Assembly: GCA_016189835.1 (NCBI GenBank)
Contig: JACPRU010000057.1
Location: 24,454-88,453 of the forward strand
DNA from: Deltaproteobacteria bacterium
GTDB taxonomy: Bacteria; Desulfobacterota; Binatia; JACPRU01
DNA: 64,000 nt
Direction of reading: 5' to 3'
The notes below the pieces were generated by a model. It was not told the origin of the DNA. It ran no database searches and saw nothing but the letters and a program-made list of their open reading frames with translations. Position numbers and translations under genes: made by a program. Shown here one piece after another: positions 17,910 to 27,064 of the stretch. Each line of letters opens with the position of its first letter. The first letter of the stretch is position 1.

Positions 17910-17927
17910 GACGGGCAATTGCCCGTC
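17910..17927. promoter_or_regulatory. Perfect 18-bp palindrome (candidate operator) in a divergent promoter region
   Basis: GACGGGCAATTGCCCGTC is its own reverse complement. It lies between the gcvR-like gene (start 17860) and the acd genes (start 17963). Confidence 0.45.
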
Positions 17928-17962
17928 CGAGGGAATCCCTGTAGACGCTATGGCCGGCGCGA

Positions 17963-18601
17963 ATGTTCCTCTCGGAGTTCGATTCCAAGCGGTTGCTGCG
18001 CGAGTACGGCATCGGCACGGTCGAAGAGGCGCTGGCGCGCGAGGCGGACGAGGCCGCACGGCGAGCGGGCGAGCTCGGCTATCCCGTGGCCGTGAAGCTC
18101 TGCGCCGCCGGGCTCGCGCACAAGACCGAGCGGGGCCTCGTACGGCTCGGCTTGGCCGACGAGCCCGCGGTGCGCGCCGCGGCCGCGGATCTGCTCGGCC
18201 GGCGGGAGCCGGGGGAGGGCGACGCCCGACTGCTCGTGCAGCGCATGGTCGGCGGCCGGCGCGAGCTGATTCTCGGGCTCACCCGCGACCGCCAGTTCGG
18301 TCCCTGCGTGATGGTCGGGTTCGGCGGGATCCTCGCCGAGGCCGTCGGCGACATCGCCTTCCGCGTCGCTCCGCTGTCGCGGACGGACGCCCTGGAGATG
18401 CTCTCCGATTTGCAGACCGCGCACCTGCTCGACGCCTTCCGGGGCGAGCCCGCGGTCGACCGCGAAGCGCTGGCCGCCGCGCTCGTCGCGCTCGGGCGCA
18501 TCGGCGTCGAGCATCCGGAGGTGCGTTCGATCGACGTCAATCCGATGATCGTCTGCGGCGACCGGCCGGTCGCGGTCGACGCGTTGGTGGAGCGCGAGTG
18601 A
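17963..18601 (+). CDS. ADP-forming acetyl-CoA synthetase (acetate-CoA ligase), beta / ATP-grasp subunit
   Basis: 212 aa. MFLSEFDSKRLLREYGI...YPVAVKL...HKTERGLV is an ATP-grasp_5-type sequence. Confidence 0.8.
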   Translation: MFLSEFDSKRLLREYGIGTVEEALAREADEAARRAGELGYPVAVKLCAAGLAHKTERGLVRLGLADEPAVRAAAADLLGRREPGEGDARLLVQRMVGGRRELILGLTRDRQFGPCVMVGFGGILAEAVGDIAFRVAPLSRTDALEMLSDLQTAHLLDAFRGEPAVDREALAAALVALGRIGVEHPEVRSIDVNPMIVCGDRPVAVDALVERE

Positions 18602-20070
18602 GCACGATCGAGCGCTTCCGGCCGCTGTTCTTCCCGAGAGGGGTGGTGATCTCGGGAGTGTCGGTGCACCCGGGGAAGTGGGGCTTCCTGTTCCTGCACC
18701 ACCTCGTGCGGTTCGGTTACGAGGGGAAGGTCTTTCCGATTCGCCGCGACGGCGCCGAGGTGCTCGAGCGGCGGAGCTACCGCTCGATCGAGGAGATCCC
18801 CTCCGGGGAGGCGGATCTGCTGCTGGTCTGCACGCCGACGGCGATCAACGAGGGGCTGCTACGGGCCGCCGGCCGCAAGGGCGTGCGCGCCGCCTTCGTC
18901 GCCGCCGGCGGCTACGGGGAAACCGGCGAGGAGGGCGGGCGGCTCGAGCGAGCGCTGGTGGCGGCCGCCGACGAATCGGGCATGGTGCTGGCGGGACCGA
19001 ACGGTCAGGGCCTCGTGTCCACCGGCGCGAAGCTCTGCGCGCAGATGGCCGCGCCGTATCCGCCCCCGGGGCGGATCTCCGCCGTCAGCCAGAGCGGCAA
19101 TCTCCTCTCCTCGTTCGGTCACTACGCGACGATGACCGGGGTCGGCATCTCCAAGGCCATCTCGTGCGGCAACTCGGCTCAGCTCGGCATCGACGATTAC
19201 CTCGAGTACTTCGCCGACGATCCCGACACCGCGGTCTCCTTCGCCTATCTGGAAGGCGTCCGTGACGGGCGGCGGTTCTTCGAACGGGTGCTGCGCTGCT
19301 CCCGGCGTAAGCCCGTGGTGGTGCTCAAGGGGGGGGGCACGCCGCGTGGGCAGAGTGCGGCGTCGAGCCACACCGGATCGCTGGCGAGCGACGACCGGGT
19401 CTTCGATGGCTTGTGTCGGCAGACCGGCATGCGGCGCGCCGAGACGCTCGAGGAGGCCTACGAGGCGGCGGCGACGTTTGCCACGCAGCCGCTGCCGCGC
19501 GGCAAGCGGGTATTGATCTTCACGGCCGCGGGCGGATGGGGCGTGCTGTGCGCCGACGCCTGCGTGCGCGCCGGACTCGAAGTGGTCGCGCTGCCGCCCG
19601 ATCTGCGCGCCGAGGTCGACGCTCTGCTGCCGTCCCGCTGGAGCCGCGGCAACCCGGTGGACATGGCCGCCGGAGAGTCCCGCGAGACGATTCCGACGCT
19701 GCTCGATCTGGTCACCCGCCATCCCGACGTCGACGCCGTCCTCTATCTCGGGATCGGGATCCAAGCGGCCAACGCCGAGGTGCTGAGGAGCGGCCCGTTC
19801 TACCCGCGGCACGGCCTCGGCCGCATCGTCGCGTTCCACCAGCGTCAGGAAGCACGCTACGCGGAGGCGGCGAAGGAAGTGAGCGAGCGCTACGGCAAGC
19901 CGGTGCTGTGCGCGAGCGAGCTGGTGGTCACCGATCGCGCGGGGCGCAACCCGGCTCCGCGCGCGGTTGCGGCGGGCGGCCGGATCCTCTATCCGTCCGC
20001 GCACCGGGCGGTGCGGGCGCTCGCCCACCTCGTCGGCTACGCGGGGTGGCGGCGGCGGCGCGGACTGTAG
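18598..20070 (+). CDS. ADP-forming acetyl-CoA synthetase, alpha subunit (CoA-binding + succinyl-CoA-synthetase-like domains)
   Basis: The GTG at 18598 overlaps the beta-subunit stop (GTGA). Motifs include VVISGVSVHPGKWG, GPNGQGLV, SQSGN and SHTGSLA (phosphohistidine loop). Confidence 0.85.
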   Translation: MSTIERFRPLFFPRGVVISGVSVHPGKWGFLFLHHLVRFGYEGKVFPIRRDGAEVLERRSYRSIEEIPSGEADLLLVCTPTAINEGLLRAAGRKGVRAAFVAAGGYGETGEEGGRLERALVAAADESGMVLAGPNGQGLVSTGAKLCAQMAAPYPPPGRISAVSQSGNLLSSFGHYATMTGVGISKAISCGNSAQLGIDDYLEYFADDPDTAVSFAYLEGVRDGRRFFERVLRCSRRKPVVVLKGGGTPRGQSAASSHTGSLASDDRVFDGLCRQTGMRRAETLEEAYEAAATFATQPLPRGKRVLIFTAAGGWGVLCADACVRAGLEVVALPPDLRAEVDALLPSRWSRGNPVDMAAGESRETIPTLLDLVTRHPDVDAVLYLGIGIQAANAEVLRSGPFYPRHGLGRIVAFHQRQEARYAEAAKEVSERYGKPVLCASELVVTDRAGRNPAPRAVAAGGRILYPSAHRAVRALAHLVGYAGWRRRRGL

Positions 20071-20131
20071 CCGCGCCGCGAAGCTCCCGGCGTGGGAGAG
20101 GCGGCGAGGCTCGTCGGCGGGCACGGGCGAC

Positions 20132-20160
20132 AAAAAAGGGCGGGATTGCTCTCCGCCCTT
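20132..20160 (-). terminator. Intrinsic terminator downstream of the SCP2 gene
   Basis: Minus strand reads AAGGGCGG-loop-CCGCCCTT followed by TTTTTT. Confidence 0.65.
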
Positions 20161-20183
20161 CTTCGCTCATCCCATGCTGGAGG

Positions 20184-20513
20184 TCAGGCACTCTTGAACA
20201 GACTCTGCATCTTCATCGCCAAGCCCATGTCGCCGGCGATCTTCAGCTTTCCCTGCATGAACGCCATCTGGCCGTTGAGCTTGCCGAGGGTCAGATCCAC
20301 GTAGTCCTTGGCCGCCATCGTCATCGTCATCTTCGGCGACGGATGCGTGCCTTCCTTCACCTCCAAGGCCCCGTCCTTGATGACCGCATGATATTGCCCG
20401 CCGTCGTCTCCGGTGAGATTGAATTGAATCACGGCGTCCAACCCCTTGGCCGCGTCCTTGTTGAAGCGGTTGGGCATCTCCTTGAAGATGTCCTTGACGG
20501 TGACGTCTGCCAT
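20184..20513 (-). CDS. SCP2 sterol/lipid-binding domain protein
   Basis: 109 aa, with GGAGGAG upstream. AVIQFNLTGDDGGQYHAVIKDG...GKLKIAGDMGLAMKMQSLF is typical of the SCP2 fold. Confidence 0.8.
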   Translation of the reverse strand: MADVTVKDIFKEMPNRFNKDAAKGLDAVIQFNLTGDDGGQYHAVIKDGALEVKEGTHPSPKMTMTMAAKDYVDLTLGKLNGQMAFMQGKLKIAGDMGLAMKMQSLFKSA

Positions 20514-20584
20514 TGCTCTCTCCTCCTTGCCGAGGGCTCTGGATCAAATGATTGAATCTACATAGTAAGCCCCGTCGCGCGGTG

Positions 20585-20827
20585 TCAAGAGGCGGACGCG
20601 TGCGTGCGACCGCGGGCGGCGCGATCGGCTTCGTCGACGAGCTGGATCTCGTCGTAATGCACCGACCAGTTCGTACCGTTGTCCCACAAGACACGCAGCG
20701 GAACGTTGAAGCCGTCGCGAAACTGGCCCGTGACCGTTCCGCGCTCGCCGCGTCGCAGACGCAGGTATTGGTCCTTGAGGTGGACGACAAGCTCGACCCT
20801 CTTGCCCAACCAGCTCTCTCCGCTCAT
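20585..20827 (-). CDS. Small DUF4314-like protein
   Basis: 80 aa starting MSGESWLGKRVELV. GERGTVTG...LRVLWDNGTNWSVHYDE resembles the DUF4314 pattern. The start is chosen at the internal ATG. Confidence 0.45.
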   Translation of the reverse strand: MSGESWLGKRVELVVHLKDQYLRLRRGERGTVTGQFRDGFNVPLRVLWDNGTNWSVHYDEIQLVDEADRAARGRTHASAS

Positions 20828-20961
20828 GAAACCTGCCTCCCGCTCGAGTCTCTCGGGCTCGACAAAGACGAACGACCGTAGCAACAAAGGGCGCGGGTTT
20901 CAATCGGCGAAGCGCCGCCGGGCGGGGCGCCGCGCGGAGTGGAACGAGAGGGGGCAACGGC

Positions 20962-21564
20962 ATGACGGCGGAGACGTTTCGCAAGGATCGGTACCTGCGG
21001 GCGTGCGGCTACAACTTCTACGTGTGGGCGGGCGTCAACCTGCTGGTGACCTGGCCGCTGTGGTCCGCTCTGCGCGGCCACGCGTGGCCGCTGTGGCTCG
21101 CGGTGCTCGAGCCGTTCGCCCTGGTCGCGACCGGTGTCGTGCTCTCGGCGCTGAACGACAATCGCGTCGAGAAGATGTGGGGCCCGCCGAGCGAGCAGGC
21201 CGTCGTCGAAGCCGGGAGCTTCTGGGGGCCGGTGCTGCTCGTCGCCCTCTCCCTGACCGTGGTGTTCTCGGTGCGCGGCCCGGTTGCCTACGTCCAGCCG
21301 GTGTGGCTGCTGCTCGTCGGCGCGGCCTACTGGACGTGGGGAAACTTCGCGGTCCCGGAGTTTCGCTGGTTCGGGGGAACTCTGGTTGCGGCCGGAACGA
21401 TGGCGGGGCTCGCCGTGCGGCCCGACCCGGCCTTCCCCGGCCTCCCCTCCCGGGAGGCGCTGCTCGTGTGGATGCTGTTCATGGGAGTTCTCTGGTTGCC
21501 GTTCGGGGCCTACATCAACCGCAAGTACGTCTACCCGCCGCCCGCCGAGCGCTCGCGTCCGTAG
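20962..21564 (+). CDS. Integral membrane protein, unknown function
   Basis: 200 aa with about 6 hydrophobic segments and many Trp/aromatic residues. The 3' end overlaps the convergent slt gene by 34 nt. Confidence 0.5.
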   Translation: MTAETFRKDRYLRACGYNFYVWAGVNLLVTWPLWSALRGHAWPLWLAVLEPFALVATGVVLSALNDNRVEKMWGPPSEQAVVEAGSFWGPVLLVALSLTVVFSVRGPVAYVQPVWLLLVGAAYWTWGNFAVPEFRWFGGTLVAAGTMAGLAVRPDPAFPGLPSREALLVWMLFMGVLWLPFGAYINRKYVYPPPAERSRP

Positions 21565-23585
21565 AGCGCCTGGTAGATCCTGTGGTTCTGCAGCACCCGC
21601 TTCACGTAGCCGCGGGTCTCGCGGTAACTGATGCTCTCGACGAACTCGTCGTCCTCGAGGCCCGCATAGCGGCGTTGCCACTTGTCGACCGCCGCTTCGC
21701 CCGCGTTGTACGCGGCGAGCGCGCGCGGCAGGTTGCCCTGGTAGCGGTCGAGCAACTCGCGGAGGTAGGCGGTGCCCAGGGACACGTTCGCCGTGGGATC
21801 CGCCAGGCGGCCGTCGTGGAAATCGCCTAGACCGATGCTCGCGGCCAGGCGTTCGCCGGTCGGCGGCAGGATCTGCATCAAGCCGACCGCGTTCGCCGCA
21901 GAGCGCGCTCGGCTGTCGAACAGGCTCTCCTGGCGGATGAGTGCGACCACGAGATGGGGATCCAGCGAGCGCCGCGCCGCCTGCTCCTCGATCACCCCCC
22001 GGAAGCCGAGCGGATAGCAGTACCGCAGCCACGGGCTGTCGAGGCCGCAGCGCGCGGCGTGCAGCGCGCGGCCCACCGACTGGCGATAGCCCTCGACCTC
22101 GCTCCACAGGCCGATCAGCAAACCATCGCAGCCCGACGTCAGCCGCTCGAAGGCGGACAGCTCGCGGCGAGCGAGGGCATGGAGCCGCATCGTCTTGAGC
22201 TCGCCGAAGCGAGCGAGGTGGCTTTCTCCTCCGTGGCACGTGGCGGCGTCCGGCAGGCCGAGCGTCGTGGCCACCCGCGAGGCCAGCGCCGAACCCTCGA
22301 CTCGCCCGAGTCTGCGTTCGGCGAGCCCGGCATAGTAAGTCTCGGGGGATTCGCGCAGCAGCTCCTCCAGCGCCCGGACGTCGCCCGTCGCGCGCGCCCG
22401 CCAGTACAGCGCGGCGGCGCGCTCGCGACCGCCCAGCTCGGCGAGGTCGCGAAAGGTCTGGCCGGCGAGCGCACGATGGCCGGCGCGATACTGGCACCAG
22501 CCGACGCGAAAGCGCGCCTCGACCGCCAACGGGCTTTGCGGATGGGTGCGCGCGAGCCGCGCGAATTGCCGGGCGGCGCGATCGAACCGGCCCGCCTCTT
22601 GATGAATCCGGCCGACCGCATAGAGGCAGTCCGCGGTCTGGGCGCCGTGCGGGTACTGCCACGCGTAGCGACCGAACAGGCGCAGCGCCTCGCCGTCGTC
22701 GTCTCGATTCCACGCGAGCGACGCCAGTCGATACAGCGCCTGCGCCGCCGCCGGATGCCGCGGGTACGTCGCGCACAGGCGCTCGAGCAGGCGCAGCGAT
22801 CCGTCGCGGTCGCCGCTCTGATCCAGCGCGCGGGCCTCGAGCCAGAGAAGTCCGGGCAGCTCGGCTGGCGAGCGATGACGCGCCGCCGCGAGCCGCACCA
22901 GCTCGAGCGCGCGCCGGGCTTCTCCTTCGGACAGCAGCAGCGACACCTCGGCGCCGGCACGCCGTGCGCTGCGCAGCGCCACGGCTTCTCGCTCCGCCCA
23001 GGCCGCGTCGCGCGCCGCGGCCGCCTCCGGCGAGCTCGGGTGGTGCGAGCGCAGCTCCGCCACCAGCGCCCGGCTCTCCTCGGCGTGGCCGAGATGGCGC
23101 GCCGCCTGGCTGGCGAGCCACAGGGCGGCGGCGCGCTGCTCCGGATCGTCGAGGTCTTCGCGCGCCGCGGCGCAGTGCGCGGCGGCCCCCGGCCAGTCGC
23201 CCGTTCGTGCCCGGGCGCGGGCGAGCGCGAGCTCCGCCTCTCCGCGCCACACGGAATCGCGGTAGCGGCTCGCGATCGTCCCCCAGTGAACGAGCGCTCG
23301 AGCGTCGTCGTGCCGTGCCTCGGCGAGCTTGGCGAGATACCGCGCGGCGTAGTCGGCGAGCGCCGGATAGACTTCGTCGGCGCGGCGGAACAGGACTTCC
23401 GCCGGCTCGTGCTTCCCCTGCTCGTAGAGCGAGAGCGCCGCCGCGAAGAGATCGCGGCGCTCCTCGGGGGTGCGGCCCTCGGGAATCGCGGCGGCAGCCG
23501 TCGTCGCCGGAGTGCCGGGCGCCGGCGGCATGGGCTGCGGGCTGCAGGAGGCGAGGAAGAGCAGCGGAGCCAGCCACCTTTTCAT
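21531..23585 (-). CDS. slt: Soluble lytic murein transglycosylase (Slt70-like lipoprotein with superhelical N-domain)
   Basis: Start at MKRWLAPLLFLASC (lipobox). The C-terminal SLT domain has LIRQESLFDSRARSAANAVGLMQI and AYNAGEAAV. Confidence 0.88.
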   Translation of the reverse strand: MKRWLAPLLFLASCSPQPMPPAPGTPATTAAAAIPEGRTPEERRDLFAAALSLYEQGKHEPAEVLFRRADEVYPALADYAARYLAKLAEARHDDARALVHWGTIASRYRDSVWRGEAELALARARARTGDWPGAAAHCAAAREDLDDPEQRAAALWLASQAARHLGHAEESRALVAELRSHHPSSPEAAAARDAAWAEREAVALRSARRAGAEVSLLLSEGEARRALELVRLAAARHRSPAELPGLLWLEARALDQSGDRDGSLRLLERLCATYPRHPAAAQALYRLASLAWNRDDDGEALRLFGRYAWQYPHGAQTADCLYAVGRIHQEAGRFDRAARQFARLARTHPQSPLAVEARFRVGWCQYRAGHRALAGQTFRDLAELGGRERAAALYWRARATGDVRALEELLRESPETYYAGLAERRLGRVEGSALASRVATTLGLPDAATCHGGESHLARFGELKTMRLHALARRELSAFERLTSGCDGLLIGLWSEVEGYRQSVGRALHAARCGLDSPWLRYCYPLGFRGVIEEQAARRSLDPHLVVALIRQESLFDSRARSAANAVGLMQILPPTGERLAASIGLGDFHDGRLADPTANVSLGTAYLRELLDRYQGNLPRALAAYNAGEAAVDKWQRRYAGLEDDEFVESISYRETRGYVKRVLQNHRIYQALYGRERSAGGG

Positions 23586-23613
23586 GCGATCAGTTTCGGC
23601 TACCATGGGGTGA

Positions 23614-24933
23614 TTGCAGCCGCAACGTGAAGAAATCGACGCGAGCTTCGCGCCCCCGTGGGTGCTGGCCTCGGCCTCGCCGCGAAGAGCCGCGCTGCTG
23701 TCGGCGGTGGGTCAGCGCTTCGAGGTCGAGCCCAGCCGCGTACGGGAGACGTCGCGCGAGCGCGAAACGGCCGCGGGATGCGCCGCGCGCCTGGCTCGCG
23801 AGAAGGCGCTCGAGGTCAGCGGGCGGCGGCGCGCTCGCTGGGTTCTGGGGGCCGACACGCTGGTCGTCGCCGACGGCGTTTCTCTCGGCAAGCCGGGTAC
23901 GGCGTCCGCGGCGGCCGCCATGCTGCGCCGGCTCTCGGGGCGCACGCACGAGGTCGTGACGGCGTTCGCGCTCGTGGACCCGGCGGGCCGCGTTTTCGGC
24001 GAGAGGGTCGTGGTCAGCGAGGTGAGGTTTCGCCGGATCGAGCCCGCGGAGGTAGACGCCTACGTCGCCGGCGGCGAGCCGCTCGACAAGGCGGGCGGCT
24101 ATGCGATCCAGGGCGGGGCCGCCGCGTTTGTCGCCGAGCTGCGCGGCTCGCACACGAACGTCGTCGGCTTGCCGATGGCCGAGGTCGAGGCGATGCTGCG
24201 GGCAGCCGGGCTGTGGCGCGCCGGCGCGCGGCGAGTGACGTCGCCGATCGGCGAGCGGTACCGAGCCGTCGTGGAGCGCGTCGGCGAGGCCGCCGAGCGC
24301 TGCGGCCGGCGCCCCCAGGAAGTGACGGTGGTGGCCGCCGCCAAGACGTTCGGCGTCGAGGCGGTGCGTGAGGTGATCGCGGCCGGCGCGACCGACATCG
24401 GCGAGAACTACGTCCAGGAAGCTCGGCGCAAGGCGAAGGATCTCCCCCGCGACGCGGCTCGCTGGCACATGATCGGCCGCTTGCAACGCAACAAGGCGGC
24501 GCAGACGGTCACGCTGTTTCACCTCGTCCACTCCCTCGACCGTCCGGAGCTCGCCCGTGAGCTCGACCGATCGGCGTTCCGCGCCGGCGTCCGGGCGCGC
24601 TGCCTGGTCGAGGTGAACCTCGCCGGCGAGCCCAGCAAGGGGGGAGCCGACCCCGGTTCGCTCGACGTTCTGCTCGAGCAGATCGCGCCGCTGCGGCATC
24701 TCGAGGTGCTCGGCCTCATGTCCATCCCCGCGCCAGGGACCCTGGACGAGAGCCGCCGCTCGTTCGCTCGGCTGCGCGCGCTACGCGAGCGCCTCGCAGG
24801 TTTGCGTCTTCCGAACGTCCGGCTTAAGGAGCTTTCCATGGGCATGTCGGCGGACTTCGAGGCCGCGATCGAAGAGGGAGCGACGATCGTGCGCATCGGC
24901 TCGGCGATCTTCGGGCCCCGGACGGGCGGATGA
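23614..24933 (+). CDS. Fusion protein: Maf nucleotide pyrophosphatase domain + YggS/PROSC PLP-binding domain
   Basis: Single 439-aa ORF. The Maf part has LASASPRR...GKPG...KAGGYAIQG...VVGLP. After a linker of about 10 aa, the YggS part has VVAAAKTF...GENYVQE...WHMIGRLQRNK...LSMGMSADFE..A...GATIVRIGSAIFG. A GTG at 23662 is an alternative start. Confidence 0.85.
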   Translation: MQPQREEIDASFAPPWVLASASPRRAALLSAVGQRFEVEPSRVRETSRERETAAGCAARLAREKALEVSGRRRARWVLGADTLVVADGVSLGKPGTASAAAAMLRRLSGRTHEVVTAFALVDPAGRVFGERVVVSEVRFRRIEPAEVDAYVAGGEPLDKAGGYAIQGGAAAFVAELRGSHTNVVGLPMAEVEAMLRAAGLWRAGARRVTSPIGERYRAVVERVGEAAERCGRRPQEVTVVAAAKTFGVEAVREVIAAGATDIGENYVQEARRKAKDLPRDAARWHMIGRLQRNKAAQTVTLFHLVHSLDRPELARELDRSAFRAGVRARCLVEVNLAGEPSKGGADPGSLDVLLEQIAPLRHLEVLGLMSIPAPGTLDESRRSFARLRALRERLAGLRLPNVRLKELSMGMSADFEAAIEEGATIVRIGSAIFGPRTGG

Positions 24934-25766
24934 AGAGCGGCAAGAAGCTCGGGTTCATCGGCGCCGGCAACATGGCGGGTGCCCTCATCCAGGGTGTGCT
25001 CGCCCGCAAGCTGTACCGCGCCGGCGACATCTGGGTGAGCGATGCGGTCGCGGCCCAGCGCCGGCTGGCGCGCCGACGCCATGGAGTCAGCGCGGCGAAG
25101 GACAACGTCGATCTCGTGCGCGGATCCCAGCTGGTGGTGCTCGCGGTCAAGCCGCAGACGTTGCCGCAGGTGCTGGAGGAGGTCCGCGCCGCGGCGAACT
25201 CGAGGCATTTGTTCGTATCGATCGCCGCCGGCGTGCCGTTGCGCCGCATCGAGCAAGGGCTCGGCGGCGGAGCGGTGCGGGTCGTGCGCGTCATGCCGAA
25301 TACGCCGGCGCTGCTGGGCCGGGGGATGTCGGTGCTGGTGCGGGGCTCGGCGGCGAGCGCTCGCGATCTTCGCCGGGCCATGCGCATCTTCCGCGCCGTC
25401 GGTGACGCGATGGCCTTCGAGGATGAGGGGCTGCTCGATGCGGTGACGGGGTTGAGCGGCAGCGGTCCGGCGTACGTCTATCGGCTGGCCGAGGCGCTGA
25501 TCGAGGGAGGCGTGCGGCAGGGGCTGGCGGCCGGCGTCGCGAGCCGACTCGTGTTTCAAACGTTCGACGGCGCGTCGGCCATGCTGCGCGAGACCGACCA
25601 GACGCCGCAGCAGCTCCGCGAGATGGTCAGCTCACCGGGTGGAACCACGCTGGCGGGTCTTGCCGAGCTCGAACGAGCGGGGTTCTTCGCGGCGGCGGTC
25701 GCCGCGGTCGCCGCCGCCACGGCCCGATCGCGGGAGCTGGGTGGTGGGGCGGATGGGGAGAGGTAA
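24930..25766 (+). CDS. proC: Pyrroline-5-carboxylate reductase
   Basis: ATGA overlap with the upstream gene. Motifs are LGFIGAGNMAGAL, MPNTPA and SPGGTT. Confidence 0.93.
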   Translation: MKSGKKLGFIGAGNMAGALIQGVLARKLYRAGDIWVSDAVAAQRRLARRRHGVSAAKDNVDLVRGSQLVVLAVKPQTLPQVLEEVRAAANSRHLFVSIAAGVPLRRIEQGLGGGAVRVVRVMPNTPALLGRGMSVLVRGSAASARDLRRAMRIFRAVGDAMAFEDEGLLDAVTGLSGSGPAYVYRLAEALIEGGVRQGLAAGVASRLVFQTFDGASAMLRETDQTPQQLREMVSSPGGTTLAGLAELERAGFFAAAVAAVAAATARSRELGGGADGER

Positions 25767-25769
25767 CGC

Positions 25770-26072
25770 ATGTTCCTGCTGTCGAACTTCCTGATTGCGG
25801 CGGCCAGCGTGCTCGGCCTGCTGATCACGCTCTACACGTACGTGATCATCGCTCGGGCGATCCTCTCCTGGGTCAGCCCCGACCCGTACAACCCGATCGT
25901 CCGTTTTCTCTACAACATCACGGAGCCCGTTCTCTACCGCGTGCGCCGCACCGTTCCGTTCGCCTACGTGGGCGGGCTCGACTTCTCTCCCCTGATCGTG
26001 CTGCTCGGGCTGTATTTCTTGCGGGCGTTCCTGGTGCGAAGCCTGCAGGACTTCGCGTTGATGCTGCGCTGA
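25770..26072 (+). CDS. yggT: YggT-family membrane protein
   Basis: 100 aa with YVIIARAILSWVSPDPYNPIVRFLYNITEPVL. The yggS-proC-yggT gene order is conserved. Confidence 0.88.
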   Translation: MFLLSNFLIAAASVLGLLITLYTYVIIARAILSWVSPDPYNPIVRFLYNITEPVLYRVRRTVPFAYVGGLDFSPLIVLLGLYFLRAFLVRSLQDFALMLR

Positions 26073-26125
26073 GCGGGCGCCGGTCAGATTGACAAGGATC
26101 GGCCGCCTGATTACTTGGGGGGCCG

Positions 26126-26428
26126 ATGCCGATCTACGAGTACAACTGCGACCAGTGCGGCACGTTCGAACTGAGTCAACGGATCACCGACAAGCCGCTT
26201 CGCCGCTGCCCGACCTGCAAGGGGAAGGTGCGCAAGCTGATCTCGAACACCTCGTTCCAGCTCAAGGGCTCCGGCTGGTACGTGAGCGACTACGCGGGCA
26301 AGGACGGCGGCGGGAAGAAGGGGAAGCCGGAGAGCCCGGCGGAGCCGGCGGCCGTCAAGGAGAGCAAGGACTCGCCGGCCGCGGGCGATTCGAAGCCCGC
26401 GTCGAAGGCCGAGGTGACCGCCGCCTGA
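26126..26428 (+). CDS. FmdB-family zinc-ribbon protein
   Basis: [12 protein letters not shown]...[14 protein letters not shown] is the CxxC_CxxC_SSSS signature. The tail is Lys/Pro-rich. Confidence 0.85.
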   Translation: MPIYEYNCDQCGTFELSQRITDKPLRRCPTCKGKVRKLISNTSFQLKGSGWYVSDYAGKDGGGKKGKPESPAEPAAVKESKDSPAAGDSKPASKAEVTAA

Positions 26429-26482
26429 GGCGCGACCGGCGACGCCGCTCGCGCCGGCCGCGAGCCTGCAGGTGCCGCCGGC

Positions 26483-26881
26483 TCAGAGGGGGGGCGCCGA
26501 CTTCGAGAGGATCTCGTCGACTCTCTTCTCGAGAGCCGACAATCGGCGTGCCAGCCGCTCGACCTCGTCCTTCGAGGGCAAGCTGAGGCGGCGGACGAGC
26601 GGCCCGACCCCCTTCTTGGTCCGGGCCTCGATCTGCGACAACAGTTTCTTGCCGCGCGCCTCGATCGCCCGCAGTGCCTTCTCGGTCCGCTTCTGGATGT
26701 CGCTGCGAATCGCCCGGGCTTGATCGACCAGGGCCTCGAGCACCTTGCGCTGGTCTCTGCTCACCAGCTTGCCCGCATCCTTGCGCAGCCGCGCGAGCAG
26801 CTTCTCGCCTTCGGCCTGCACGCTGCGGATCGATTCCTGCAGCCGAGCGAGGCGGGGGAAAGTTGCCGTCTTGGTCGCCAT
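26483..26881 (-). CDS. Phasin-family (PHA-granule-associated) coiled-coil protein
   Basis: 132 aa from MATKTATF, all-helical. The C-terminus LSLPSKDEVERLARRLSALEKRVDEIL is typical of PF05597 phasins. Confidence 0.65.
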   Translation of the reverse strand: MATKTATFPRLARLQESIRSVQAEGEKLLARLRKDAGKLVSRDQRKVLEALVDQARAIRSDIQKRTEKALRAIEARGKKLLSQIEARTKKGVGPLVRRLSLPSKDEVERLARRLSALEKRVDEILSKSAPPL

Positions 26882-26975
26882 GTGTGAGCCCCTCCTTGCG
26901 CAAAAACATTCGCCGCCGGGATACCGTCGTCGTTTAACACGCCGCGTCACGCTGTCAAGAGCAAGTCGAGGCGGT

Positions 26976-26984
26976 TGTGGATAA
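26976..26984 (+). promoter_or_regulatory. Perfect DnaA box (TGTGGATAA, reverse complement of TTATCCACA)
   Basis: Exact 9-mer. An imperfect box, TGTGGAGAG, follows at 26987-26995. Confidence 0.55.
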
Positions 26985-27064
26985 CTTGTGGAGAGGTCGT
27001 TGAGACTCGCCACAAAACGCGCGAAGGCTGCGGCTGAATCCGAATTTTTCGGGGAAATCAGCAG

